From Callorhinchus milii (lineage: Eukaryota): a stretch of 64,000 nt of DNA. Where the stretch lies: assembly GCF_018977255.1 (NCBI RefSeq), contig NW_024704743.1, positions 43,774,001 to 43,838,000 of the forward strand, read 5' to 3'. The notes under the pieces were generated by a model. The model was given only the letters and a program-made list of their open reading frames with translations, was not told the DNA's origin and made no database searches. Position 1 is the first letter of the stretch. Each line of letters begins with the position of its first letter. The position numbers and the translations under genes are program-made. This document shows, in pieces, positions 33,986 through 46,522 of the stretch.

Positions 33986-35034
33986 CTGGCTGGTTAAAAT
34001 CTTCAGCCACTGAATTTTTAATAAAATGCCTTGAGGGAAACGATTAAATCTTTTTTTCAGTGTGTCTTAAATCATTCCTTCACAAAATGCTGAAGCCATA
34101 TTTAATCAGGATTCAATGAGTACATCCTGTACCACACCTTGACAAGCTAGCTCAGGTGACAAGCTTCTGACACATAAGGTGGCACAAGTGAAGAACATTA
34201 GTGTGGAGAGAAGAATGAAAACTATTCTGAAATAAATATTCTGCCTGATAATTATTAGGTCTAATTTTTATGAATATACTGGAGAAAAGTTATCAATGTA
34301 TTTACAGATTTAAGAAACGATCCTGTTTTGAACTATCCAACATCTATAACAGGCTAAACAACAAAGAAAACAGAAATCTGTACACCACAGAATCAAGTGA
34401 GAATCTTCTCTCCTCTCACTCTGATTTATTGCTCCATTATCAAAGGCCAAGCATCAGCCACCATACCTCTATGCCCTGGAATTCCAAACCACATTATTTT
34501 CTACCTCTCAACCTGCTTTCATACTCTTTGACTGTATCTTCAATTACTTTCATTTCTTGTTCAGTACCCACTTCTGATCTCTTTGAGATTTTTTTTTATG
34601 TGAGTAGTGGTTTATAAATCAAACTCTTTTTGGCTTAAACAGAATAAAACAAGAATCTTCAGAAAGCAGACCTTGTAGATGGGTGTTTACACCTTGTTTC
34701 TTTGTCTGCTGATTTTTTTTTAAATGGCAGTGCTGAGATCCATGGCTCTATGTGGAAATGTCTGTATTTAAACTTCAAATTCATCAAACAATTTTGTCAC
34801 ATTAATATTGATATGATGCAATCATATGAAACTTATTCCCAGGAACTAGATTATGATGCAATTCATGCTGAAATATATTTAATAATTATTAAATAAATAT
34901 CAATTATGGAAACAAAGAAGATCACAGCTATTAAATCAAATACACAAAACATCTCCATTACAAATTCGTAAGATTGGTTTTACTGCAGCCCTGAATCCAA
35001 CGGATGTTTCTGCTAGTTCACAGTAGTTTGTCAT

Positions 35035-35703
35035 CAAGTTCGATCCACAGCTATCCTTCCTCCCCCCCTATTCGGTCCCTAACTAAGACCGCTTTTTGAC
35101 AACATTGCCCACCTCCAACTATACCTCACACCAAAACCATTCACCCCTTTGTCACCTCGTCACTATTCCAATGCCTTCTTTGCCAGTCTCCCCAGCTCCA
35201 CTATCCACAAACTACAACTGATTCAGAACTCTGCCTCCCATATACTCACCCACACTATACTCTGTATCCTCATCACACCAGCCCTTGCCAGGCTCCACGA
35301 GCTCCCTATCACAGAACGGCTCGATTTTCAAGATCCTCTCACTTGTCTACAAATCTTTCACATCATGACACCTTCCTAACTTTCTGACTTGTTTTCTCCC
35401 CACTTCACTACCCGCTACCTCTGCTCGGCTGGCTCTGGCCTCCTGCTCGTCCTTCGTACCCTCTACTCCACCATCAGTGGCCACTATGTCTGAAGCTTTA
35501 GAACTCTCTGCTTTAAACTCCACCTTGCCCCCTCCTTCCTCTCTTTTAGATCACAACTGAAGAACTTCCTCTTCAACCGTGCTTACGGTCACCTCCTCCC
35601 TCCCCCTGGTTTGGTGTAAGGCTCTGACACTGTTAATCGTTTTGAGTCACTGCTCTGCATGAAGGGCGCTATATAAATGCAAGTTATTATTGTTGTTGTT
35701 TGT
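35035..35703 (+). mobile_element. L2 3' fragment
   Basis: IHKLQLIQNSASHILT..ITPALARLH; gggcgctatataaatgcaag tail. Confidence 0.9.
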
Positions 35704-36019
35704 TCTATACATGTGAATAACACAAATGTTTATGTCAATATAAATACAATTTTCATTATAGCGCCATTGACATCGGGAGGACATGGAAATTTATCTTTAT
35801 ATATGCTTTGATCAATATGTTATAAATGTGTTCGCGTGCTTTAGTAACACTTTATTGTTTAAAATCTATAACAAAGAAAGAGTTTGATTTTTAGTATCTT
35901 TCTTTGGGCAGCCACATGCCAACTGTTCATGTTTTTACTTAGTTGCATCAAAATGTCCCCAAGCCCTTTTCTAGTAATTACTGTCAGGTGTATTTGAACA
36001 TTTAGAAGCTATTTACCCC

Positions 36020-36270
36020 ACCAAGGTTCCACAAACAACCATGAGGTGACTGAGCATTTTATCTGGAGGGTGGTTGGCTAGGACACCAGGAAATGATTTA
36101 TTTTACTTTTCAAATAATATCCTGAGATCTTTAAGATACAGCTGAAAACAGGTGAATGAGACCACAGTAATACACTGGAATACACCTCCCGACGTGAAAG
36201 GCGCTCTATAAATGAACTCTTGTTGTTGTTGTTGTTGGAATGTCAACCTAGACCAGTGGTGGCCTGAGGA
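36020..36270 (-). mobile_element. Deu-SINE fragment with a nested L2 tail (+, 36180-36237)
   Basis: ggttggctaggacacc; ctcccgacgtgaaaggcgctctataaatg(gtt)n. Confidence 0.7.
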
Positions 36271-36376
36271 CCAGATGCCATCAAGATGCGACCCCCTAAA
36301 CAGTTGCACAAGTCTAGGTAAGTGTTTGTATGATAGTGTGTTTTCATTTTTTCTTGATTGAATATATCTTGATTTA

Positions 36377-36502
36377 CAACAACAACAACAACTTGGATAT
36401 ATATATATAGCACCCTCCAAGCCGGACGGCGGCTCAGTGCCCTTTACAGTAACAGATCCCGGGACCGAGCCAGGAGGAGGGGGAGGAAGGTGACCAACGG
36501 TG
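36377..36502 (-). mobile_element. L2 3' end
   Basis: (caa)n tail; same subfamily UTR as 33100-33200. Confidence 0.8.
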
Positions 36503-37272
36503 CATAAATCAAGAAACATTCAATCAGGAATATTTATTTTGTTGGCTGACTATGAAGGTCGGCCACCACTGGCCTAAGACCACAAGTTCAATTCCTAACA
36601 TGGGGCTCCAACCCACTGCCTACTGTGATCAGGAATTTCTATTTTTCTGGATTGTTGTGTTCGAAGCTGAAACAAACTCTTCATTTACTATTGTTTCGTG
36701 GTAATGGCTAACAAAGGTCAGAATAAATCACCACACAATTTTGATTGAGAGCTAAATGTTAATCTCTATTCCTAGATCAGCATATAAAAAAAATGAGCAT
36801 TCCATTTGTGATATGACAAGGGTAACCAGTCTGTAACACTGAATGAATTTATAATGGCAAATCATTCAGAATAAGTTTGGTCCTTCATTTTATCACAAAT
36901 CTTGTGCATGTGTGTGTATTTCATTTGAAATCGGCCAACTGGCTTATTTCTATATTCAATGTTCATTTAATTATTCATTTTAAAAGAAGACAACAGCATG
37001 AAGTCTAATTTATTGTGAATTTCTGCTGGACAAAAGTTTGGTTGAATTAAATTTTAAGTTATTACATAGTGCTACAGTGGAGGGCTGCATATTACCAACT
37101 AACTATCCACATGTCCGTCTAACTGCATCTTTTTCTGAGCTCTAGTTCCCTTGTTAAATCATTTTGAAGACATATTATCGAAACCAAACAAGAATCCTCA
37201 GAACTGGCCTAACGTGTGTAGAGAAAACATTATGTCAGATGCATAGATCAGAGAACCGATGGAGATGTGTAT

Positions 37273-37678
37273 GTCAGCCAGGCGCAGTGGTAGCACTCTC
37301 AACTCTGAGTCAGATGTTTGTGGGTTCATGCCCAACATCGGGACTAGGAATCACATAGTCTAACGTGACATGACAGGCACTGACCTGCTTCATGTCATCA
37401 ACCCTGCCGGCTCCACCATCAGCAGTCAGACCTCAGCTTATCTGCGCCCATCTTTTGGAATTCCATCCTGGAGTCACTTTGTCTCACCCATTCTCTTGCG
37501 TCCTTTAAGGTCTGTCTCAAGACATTTCTCTTGGACCCCGCCATTGGCTTCTTCCACCCCCTTGGCCCCACTCCTCCCAAATCCAACCCCCAGCTCAGAT
37601 GCAAAAGCTTGGCTGTCTAGAGTTTGGGATGTTCTCCCAATGTGAAAGGCGCTACATAAATGCAATTTGTTGCTTTTG
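37273..37678 (+). mobile_element. Deu-SINE head (37273-37370) followed by an L2 3' end (37375-37678)
   Basis: tggtagcactctcaactctgagtcagatg; tgtgaaaggcgctacataaatgc. Confidence 0.8.
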
Positions 37679-38544
37679 TATTATTCCACTAACCAATTGG
37701 AACTGCAAGCAGTCTTCAGATGTGACAGTCGGGGAGTGTCTCACCTGTGGATGACTTTAGTCATCGACTGACCTTAGTTAAGGACTGTATGAGAATGCAG
37801 AGCTGGGAAGGAGGGATAATGTGAAGGAAAGTTCTGCATGAGGATCATAAATTCATAAATTCAATCAGCTGGGGCAATTGGCCGCATTTGGCATCCATAT
37901 GATAATTCAATAACATTGTTTAGACAAAACCTTAAGTAGAAGCAAAGAAGAAAGACTAGTAGACAATGGAGTAAAGATTAAGTGAGAACATCTTCCTTAA
38001 TTTGTCTGAGTGATTATTGGACAGTGATTATATAAGATTAACATGTTCCCTAATCCTAGTCGCATCTACAGCACGTCTTAATCACAGAGATACCACAATG
38101 TTGCAGCTTTCAGTGCTTTAAAAAGCTGTTTGATTTATCCTCGTACTGAAATTGTCAATAAACTAGCCCTTGGGTTGACATCTAGTGCATCATTCAGGCA
38201 GCAAATAAAAACTTTGACAGCAATTCAATTCTGATGTTCATGTCTTTACTGCCTAGAACCACCTTGTTCTCAGCTTCTGTTGACTCGGTCTTTGTACCCC
38301 AATGTATGGTTGTAAATAGCTGTCTGTCAGTTACCAACATTACAGAGCTAAATAAATTCTCTCCCTCCATTTTGAAGACTAATACATCTTTTTGTAAAAC
38401 GTTTCTTCAAAAGTTCAATAAATTAGTATTCACTATGCACCAATGCTGATTTAAATCTAATGAAAAATAATAGCAGAGTACGTGCTGCAGAGGAACATTC
38501 CCTGTAGCCGACATCAACCTATTTTATGTCTGATTTCTCATATA

Positions 38545-39510
38545 CAACAACAACAAAATTACATTTTTATAGCACCTTTCATGTCAGGAGGATGTCCCAA
38601 GGTGCTGTACAGCCAGTGTTTCAGACCCAAGCTGGGTGGGGGGATTGGGGAGGGTGGAGGGCAGAGGGGGGAAGGAAGGTGATCGAAAGCACGGTTGAAG
38701 AGGAGGATCTTGAGATGGGTCTTGAAGGAGGTAAGGGAGGGGACGAGATGGAGGGACTGTGGGATGGAATTCCAGAGGGTGGGGGCAGAATGGCAGAAGG
38801 TCTGCTCGCCAATGGTGGGACGGATGAGACAGGGGACATGAAGCAGGCCGGAGCCCGCTGAAGGAAGGGAGCGGGCCAGTTGGTAGGGGGTTAGGAGATC
38901 GAGAAGGTAGGGAGAAGCAAGGCCATGGAGGGCTTTGAAGGTGAGGACCAAGATCTTGAACTATATTCTCTGTGTGATGGGAAGCCAGTGGAGTCAAGTA
39001 AGGATGGCTCGAGCCTGGTGTGGGAGAGGACAGGGGCTGAAGAGTTCTGGATGATCTGCAGCCTATGGAGGGAGGAGTTGGGGAGGCCGACAAGCAGGGA
39101 GTTTACAGTTTACATAGTCAAGCCTGGATGTTACAAATGTACGTATGAGGGTTTTGACGGCCTGTGGTGTGAGACAGTGTCGGAGCCGGGCGATGTTGCG
39201 GAGGTGGGGGAAGGCAGAGTGGGTCATGGCGTGGATGTGGGATAGAAAGGATAGTTGAGGGTCAAACAAGATGCCAAGGTTCTGGACTGGCTTAGCAAAG
39301 TGGAGTTTGCAACCATGGATGGTGATGCTGTCAGTGCCTGAGGTGAGGAGGCGCTGACAGGAGCCAATCAGGAGAGCCTTAGTCTTGTTGATGTTCAACT
39401 GTAGAAAGTTAACTCTCATCCAGAACTTGATGTCTGACAGACATTCTGTCAGGACAGCAGTGGTCCTGGAGTCAAGGGTGGAGGCAGAGAGGTAGAGTTG
39501 GGTGTCATCT
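38545..39510 (-). mobile_element. L2 3' ~1 kb fragment
   Basis: DDTQLY, NFLQLNINKTKALL, VQNLGILFDPQLSF, TSRLDY; (caa)n tail. Confidence 0.95.
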
Positions 39511-39664
39511 TATGCTAATAAATTGGTCCTATTTGTTATGGACAGGCCTTTTTCCATCCCAGTTAATTGGTATCAATCCAATCCCATTCCTTTCAATTCT
39601 TTAGAAATCAAATGACAGTATTATGACATAACCACAACTATGCCCTTAACAACCCTGAAACGTG

Positions 39665-39795
39665 TCAACTTGGCTCACTGTCACCTTTGGGTTTGAAGAT
39701 TGCGTGTTCAAACGTCAAGATGAGAGTGAAGTACAATGTTCAGGGAGTAGTGTATTGTTGGAGATTCTGTTTCAAGTAAGACATTAAACCATCTG
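39665..39795 (+). mobile_element. Degenerate Deu-SINE 5' fragment
   Basis: gtcaacttggctca...gaagattgcgtgttcaa...gacattaaacc. Confidence 0.55.
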
Positions 39796-40268
39796 TGGAG
39801 CCAGCTGAATTTTGTCCAGATGACTGTTACTGACAACAATGGATAACAATTTTAACTGAAAAAGTGAACTTGGTAAAGATGTCCAATGAGGCACATTCAG
39901 TCATTCGGGTTTAGTTTCAGAACAACTGGGAACTGAGCCAGGTCTTACCTCTGCGAAAGGATAAAGAAAATGTTCAAAGCATAATCATTCTGAACTCGCA
40001 GCAATATGTGAGATAGAAATCACACCTCACAGTCCTCCACAGTGCACCCTCTAACTATAATGTACTGCAAAAGTGGGTCAGCCGCATGATTCGATATTCT
40101 GACTAAATGTTCTTTTTAAATTAAAGAATTTTTCTTCCTCTCAGTTTAAGGCACTATTAATGAAAGAAATGTGCAGGGATAAGAACAGAGCCTTAATTGC
40201 AAAATTTGGAAACCATATTAGTTAACTGAACCTACCAGTTTCTGAATATTGGATTGTGAAATTTTGAC

Positions 40269-40425
40269 AAAATTCACAGCCAGTGAATTGCTAATCCCAA
40301 ATTGTCTAGTCCGTAAAAAGTGGGCGAGCAAAATGTTGTCTGTTTTCTGCTGGTATTTTGCTTGCTGGACTTTTTGGGGATTTTGCCAGTTTGGGATACA
40401 CAGTGCAAATTTTGGCATGAATTTT
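40269..40425. mobile_element. Palindromic MITE-like element
   Basis: Nested inverted blocks aaaattca/tgaatttt, tcccaaa/tttggga, gagcaaaat/attttgctt. Confidence 0.55.
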
Positions 40426-40431
40426 TCCTGT

Positions 40432-40678
40432 TCTGGTGGATGTTAAAGATCCTATGGATTGTGTATTTGATATGTGAAGAGAGTTGCTCCAGATTTCCTA
40501 GCCAACAATCCCTCAAATAAAACTGGTCCTTAATTTCATAGCTGTTATGGGACCTTGTTGCGTACAAATTGGCTGTCATATTTGCCCACAAGATACACCA
40601 TCACTACAATTTACAATATAGTGTAAAGCATTTTGAGACTGCCTCCTGACATGAAAGAAGCTATATAATTATTATTAT
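40432..40678 (+). mobile_element. Deu-domain SINE 3' part
   Basis: ggtggatgttaaagatcctatgg...caaattggctgtc...(att)n. Confidence 0.8.
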
Positions 40679-41720
40679 CTTTTGCTACTATCTGAAACCT
40701 CACAGAAATCTTCACACCAGCACAGAGAATGCTTATCTGCATAGAAAGGGGTACTATCATGCAGAAAACAGTTCCAGATTAAAATATAAATATGCATTCA
40801 GTCACAAATCATCTTTCTTGCATTGCCAAATAAACTATTTCAACAAATTTCTACTAACACAATACTATTGTATTGAAGTATTGAACACATAAATATAATG
40901 TCAGGCGAAGACTGTGCTATTACCATGGAGTTACAAGTAATCATTACCAAACTGTACGGCTAAGGATACGTAAACAATAGCAACTTGAATGCACTTGAAA
41001 AAAGATTTCAGTTCTTGACTTCAAGGCACTACCATCAGTATAAAAAGAATCTATATATTCTGTGGAAAAACTTAACTGAAAACTTAATGATGCATTTAAG
41101 TGACTTTATAACTCGTTTCACCCCATCCTTAGAAGTAAACAAAGAAACTCAGGTACAAATATGTTCTCCCCATGAACATAATAAATAATATAATATAACA
41201 TAATGAACAGGCCAAACAGAGGTGGGAGAGGTTTCCTTAACATTACCAATATCAGTTCTATGGCTGAGTCGTATGTAAAAACAAATGTAAATCTAAAACA
41301 AAATAACTATTTTCCCTACAGCTCCAGGAATCAATCCATTCAGTACATCAATTCAGGAATCAGACCTTTCAAAGATGGAGGTAATTCAGCCTTGACAGCA
41401 CTTTGCAGGTTATGACAAGAGTAAAGAAATGCAGAAGCTTGGTTGAGTTGGTAGTATTTTCGCCTTTGAGTCAGAGGTTATGGGTTCAATATGTATCAAA
41501 TGCAAACACTATTAAGTAATGTATACCATGGGAAGTAAATTTTTTGAGAACACTGTTGTCAGTTACTGAGAAGAACCACAAGCACAAGCATGCATTGGCT
41601 TTCAACAGGAACTACACAATTCATTTAATTTGTTTCTATTGATAAGATTTTGAAAAGGTTTTAATAACTAGAATACTGAAGTTAAAATTAACTAAAAATT
41701 AACTAAACCAACAGAACATA

Positions 41721-43122
41721 CAACAACAATAACAACAAGAAGATTTCATTTATAGAGCGCCTTTCACGTTGGGAGGACGTCCCAAGGCGCTGGAAAGTTG
41801 GGTCAGGACCCAAGCAAGGGGGAAATGGTCAGGGTGAGGGGAGGGAAGGGAGGGAGCGAGGAGGGGGTAGAGAGTCGAGAGGGGAGCTGAAGGCACAGTC
41901 AAAGAGAAAGGTCTTGAGACCGGCCTTGAAGGAGGAAAGGGAGGAGGCGGCGAAGGCACTGGGGGATGGAGTTCCAGAGCCTGGGGGCTGAGAGGCTGAA
42001 GGCCCGGCCACCAATGGTAGGGCGGTTGGGGCGGGGGATGTGGAGCAGACCGGAGCCAGAGAAACGGAGGGTACGGGCAGGTAGGTAGGGGGATAGTAGG
42101 TTGGAGAGGTAGGAGGGAGCAAGGCCGTGAATGGCCTTGTAGGTGAGGATGAGGATCTTGAATTCAATCCTCTGGGGGATGGGGAGCCAGTGGAGGCGAG
42201 CGAGGGTGGGAGTGATGTGGTCCCGAAGCCTGGTGCGGGACAGTACACGAGCTGCAGAGTTCTGGATGACCTGCAGCTTGTGGAGGGAGGTGCCGGGAAG
42301 GCCGGCGAGGAGAGAGTTCCCATAGTCCAGCCTTGAGGTGATAAAGGCGTGGACCAGAGTTTCAGCAGCGTGAGGGGTGAGGTAATGCCGTAGTCTGGCG
42401 ATGTTCCAGAGGTGATGGAAGGCGGTGCCAGTTGTGGCGCAGATATCAGGAAGAAAGGACAGCTCAGGGTCGAACAGAACGCCGAGGTTCCTGACTGACT
42501 TTGAGAGGTGGAGAGTGCAGCCTTGGATGCTGATGTTATCAGCGCCTGAGGTGCGGAGGCGCTGACACGAGTCAATCAGGAGGGCCTCAGTTTTGCGCAC
42601 GTTGAGCTGAAGAAAGTTGTCTCTCGTCCAGGACTCGATGTCAGACAGGCAGGCTGTCAGGACATCGGTGGTCGTGGAGTTGAGGGTAGAGGAGGAAAGG
42701 TAGAGTTCGGTGTCATCCGCATACATATGGAAGTTAACCCCATGTCTGTGGATGATGTCACCAAGGGGGAGCATGTAGAGGGTGAAGAGGAGGGGACTGA
42801 GGACAGAGTCGACTGTATCGAATGCTGCCGATAGGTCGAGGAGGACGAGGAGGCAGAGGGAGCCCTGGTCGCAGTTGGTCAAGATGTCATTGGTGACCTT
42901 GACCAGGGAGGTTTCTGTGCTATGGGCAGCACGGAAACCTGATTGAAGGGGTTCGAATAATGAATGGGTGGGGAGGAAAGAGCGCAGCTGGGAGGCGACA
43001 ACTCTTTCAAGGACCTTGGACAGGAAGGGGAGGTTGGAGATGGGCCGGTAGGTTGATAGCTGCGACGCATAAAGGGAAAGTTTTTTCAAAGTGGGAGTGA
43101 TGGTGGCAGTTTTTAGGGAAGA
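41721..43122 (-). mobile_element. Young L2 LINE, 5'-truncated, with an internal in-frame RT deletion
   Basis: CpG-rich; (caa)n tail; CATA on both flanks; long open ORF2 frame. Confidence 0.97.
41899..43122 (-). pseudogene. L2 ORF2 reverse-transcriptase remnant (~400 aa open frame)
   Basis: [47 protein letters not shown]; lacks the endonuclease domain and the GVPQG segment. Confidence 0.93.
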
Positions 43123-43123
43123 T

Positions 43124-43400
43124 CATAGAATGAAAAAGCACAGAAACATGCCATTAAGCAAATGAAGGCTGCGCTGATGTTTTTCTCAACATGAACCAAC
43201 TATTCTAATCCCACTATCCAGCTCAAACCTCCACAAATCATTTAACAAGCTCTTTTTCAACATCTATCTAATTCCATTTTGAATAAATTTGTTGACTTGG
43301 CTTCACCTATGGTCTGTGCTAGAGAATTTCACATTCCAATCACTCTCTCTATACATTTATATTTTTAACATCTTCTTTAACTCCTTTGTGATTTTAGTGA
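43124..43400 (-). mobile_element. Old CR1 3' end
   Basis: catagaa tail, agcacagaaacatgccatt, catctatctaattcc. Confidence 0.7.
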
Positions 43401-43439
43401 TACACTGTAGAATTCTGTGAAAAACATCTACAGATTAAA

Positions 43440-43930
43440 ATTGAACTCAACTATTTACCTTGCCATGCAGTTTATAACGTCTCTAAAACCAGCCTGAATT
43501 GAAGAATAAATTGCCAGGCCTTTGCGTTGGGCAGCATTGTATTTTGCAACAATGTGCAAAATACAATTTATTGTGATGAGATTTGCTTCCATTATACAAG
43601 GAAAATAAATCAATTCATGCTGCAAACCATATCATTGTAAGGTAATTCATTGCCTTTTTTGTATCTTTTACCGATTCAAATTTATTTGCAAACGCACTTC
43701 CAGTTTTGTTATTTGATGCATCAAACTGATAGGGGATTGAGCGATCCCCATTATCGGATTGCCAGTTAATTAACAATTCTTCTCATTAATTGATAAGGAA
43801 ACTAGCTGCAAACGTGCTGAAAAGCAGTCAGGAAGTCTATTACAGTTGAAGTAACTTATGACGATAGACCCTGATTAAAAAAGGAGACAAAACTCAGTTA
43901 TCCTAGTCTGCCGGTTGCATGTACCACAGT
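43440..43930. promoter_or_regulatory. Putative conserved non-coding element
   Basis: Repeat-free, AT-rich, CpG-retaining; TTAATTAA, ATAAATCA, ACAAT motifs; 13-bp perfect inverted repeat at 43536-43567. Confidence 0.35.
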
Positions 43931-44944
43931 GCAATGCAAGTCTTTGGTAATCACATTTCCTCAGATTAAGAGTCCCTTCAGAACCAGCACTTTCAATCAT
44001 CTATATACCAAACATGCACTGTCAATGACATTTTCATTTGACTGACTCTTCCTGCACCATTTACACTGTCTGTAAATCTAGTTTCAATTTCTCACTGTAG
44101 ATTCTATCAGCATGTCCCTGCCCCAGATTCCAGCACCAAAATTCCTCATTCTAATGTAGCATTTGCTCGCTCTCTGTTATTATTGTCAGTTCTGAAACAA
44201 GTTCTTTTCTTTAATAATGGGATCTGTCTACAGTTTGATCTGTGCCTGAGAGATACATTGACGCTGACTCGGTTCATTTGAACTAAATGCTGCAGAGTGC
44301 TGAAATTATTATCTTGTTAACCCGATGCATACATTCAACCTTCAGCTCCACACTGCAGAATCCGGGGACACCTTGTTTTACCTTTGTTCATTTTTGGCCT
44401 GCTTATCCAAGGCTTCCAACAAAAGATGACGGAACCAGCTTCTGCAAACAGGAGCCCTCACCAGGAATCACTGCCAACGGTACCCGAAACAAATGTAATT
44501 CGTTCCGAGATTTGCATGAAAGTACTGAAGGACGGACATAAAAAATTACAAAGGGCATTCTGACCTCCAGGGGATGCTTTGGGCAGGTTCAGTACCTGGC
44601 AAAGCAACGACCAGTGAGCTGCAAGAATTCAGCTCAAGTAGTATCCTGTTAGCTTTAGGAGAATGTCAGCGATGCAGTAACTACTATGGTCTTTTACCTG
44701 CTGATCAGCAGAATTACAATGGAAATTTTCTACCAGCTTCTTCAAAAAGGGCAATTGACTGAAGTCCTCATACAAAAGGGACGATGCACTCGCTTTCGTT
44801 TGAAGTTCTTATCAATATCTTTTCTTCCATTTCTGTAAAGAAGGCAACTTGTTTAATTTTCCAAAGTGCCTTTTTTGATTCTTTGAAAGACTTTAGATAT
44901 AAATGTGTTTGCTTTACACCCAGTGTATATCAATTATCTTAAAA

Positions 44945-45083
44945 AAACAGAGGGATTAGGGGATATGGGGATAGGGCAGGTAATTAGAGTTAGGTCTGAA
45001 GATCAGCCATGATCGTATCGAATGGCGAGGCAGGCTCGAGGGGCCAAATGGTATACTCCTGCTCCTAATTCTTATGTTCTTAT
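44945..45083 (+). mobile_element. CR1 3' end, young
   Basis: gatcagccatgatcgtatcgaatggcgaggcaggctcgaggggccaaatgg...ttcttatgttcttat. Confidence 0.88.
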
Positions 45084-45194
45084 AGACATTGTGATATCAC
45101 TGATAGAAATATTGCAATTTGCCTGTTTGTTTATCTCGGAGATTATAGTGCAAAACTGATTACAGCAGTGATGTAATTCTCTGTGCCTGCTTGT

Positions 45195-45562
45195 GGAGTC
45201 AGTGGTTAGAGCACTCTCCTCACAAGCAAGAGACCTGGGTTCAATTCCCAGTGGGGCAAAATGTTGGGCAAGTTTCGTTACTCCACACGCCTCTGTTTAC
45301 CTAACAGTAAGTAGGAACTCGGTTGTTAGTCGAATGGCAGAATGCTTTTCCAGGGATAATAATCCTTCAAAAAAAAACAATAATAATTTGGTCACTCAAT
45401 CCACGACTGTTTGTGGGACACTGCTGTGCGCAATTGGCTGCTGCGTTTCGCCTACAAGTATACAGTCAATTCACTTTACAGTACATTCTATGAAGCACTT
45501 TGAGATGTCTAGAAGACGTGAAAAGTGCTATATCAAATACAAGGGTTATTATTTTTATTATT
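45195..45562 (+). mobile_element. SINE2-1_CM-like SINE, long form
   Basis: Head with a small A-box deletion; cctctgtttacctaacagtaagtagg; tail. Confidence 0.92.
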
Positions 45563-45719
45563 ATCCACACCATGACAGAAACTGCAAGGGTAATGTTGGT
45601 GAAATTTCACACAGAAAGTATTTAATTGCACCTTATAACCAATGACTCAACTTCTCCCCGAGCTGCTTAAACTGGAAACTGCGGTTAAGAGTTCAGTCAT
45701 TCAGATAATATTAAGTCTT

Positions 45720-45920
45720 TCATTTATCTTAAAGTGCTGCACAGGATTTACTATAGTGTAGTGCAACGACTAGGTGTTTGTAGGTGAATCAGGCAACCCA
45801 TTTTCCCCCAGCAATGTTGACAAACAGCATGAAGTGAATGATCAATTTTATTTGGGAATTGTTAGCTGCGACACTGGAAAAAATGCCCTGTCTCACTGGG
45901 AGCTGCCATATATCTTACAG
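45720..45920 (-). mobile_element. Degenerate Deu-SINE fragment
   Basis: cagcaatgttgacaaacagcatgaagtgaatgatcaatttt. Confidence 0.6.
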
Positions 45921-45939
45921 GGCTAGAAAGTGAGGGAAG

Positions 45940-46095
45940 AAGAGTTAGAAACAGAGAGTGAGACGTATAGAGTCAGAGAAACAGAAGAGAGGGAGAGAGT
46001 GACAGAGAAAGAGACTGAAAGAGGCTGAAATTGTGTGGAAAAGCAAGTGAAAAGGGCTGACACTATAAGGTAAAATAAAGTGAGAGACAAAGACG
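45940..46095. repeat. GA-rich low-complexity tract
   Basis: Direct reading. Confidence 0.8.
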
Positions 46096-46124
46096 GGTGG
46101 TACTATGTGGTATTGTACCAAGGT

Positions 46125-46522
46125 GCAGATCGAATCGGTTTCAAGGTCCTCACACACACCTTGAAATCACTTCTTGCCCTGGAACCTCCCTACCTCTCCG
46201 ACTTGCTTACACCCCACTCCTCTACCTGGCCTGCTTCACTTAGCTGGCTCCGGCCTGCTGCACATCCCTCATCCCCTTTGCTCCACCATCGGTGACCATG
46301 CTTTCAGCCACTATATCCCAAGACTTAAACTTCTGCCTTAATCCCTCCATCTTGCCCCCTCCTTGTCCCTCTTCAAATCACATCTGAAGACCTTCCTCTT
46401 CAACCGTGCCTACAGTGACCTCTCGTCTGTCCCTCACTTGGTATTAAGCTCCGACACTGTTAACCACTCTGAGACGTTACCCTGCATGAAGGACACAATA
46501 TAAAGGTAAGTGGGTTGTTGTT
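46125..46522 (+). mobile_element. L2 3' fragment
   Basis: RIGFKVLT..PPYLSDLL; UTR and ttgttgtt tail. Confidence 0.87.

Noticed and set aside
41899..43089. 396-aa ORF as an active or domesticated reverse transcriptase
   Set aside because: 5'-truncated, no ATG start or endonuclease domain, GVPQG segment deleted. The open frame is explained by young age.
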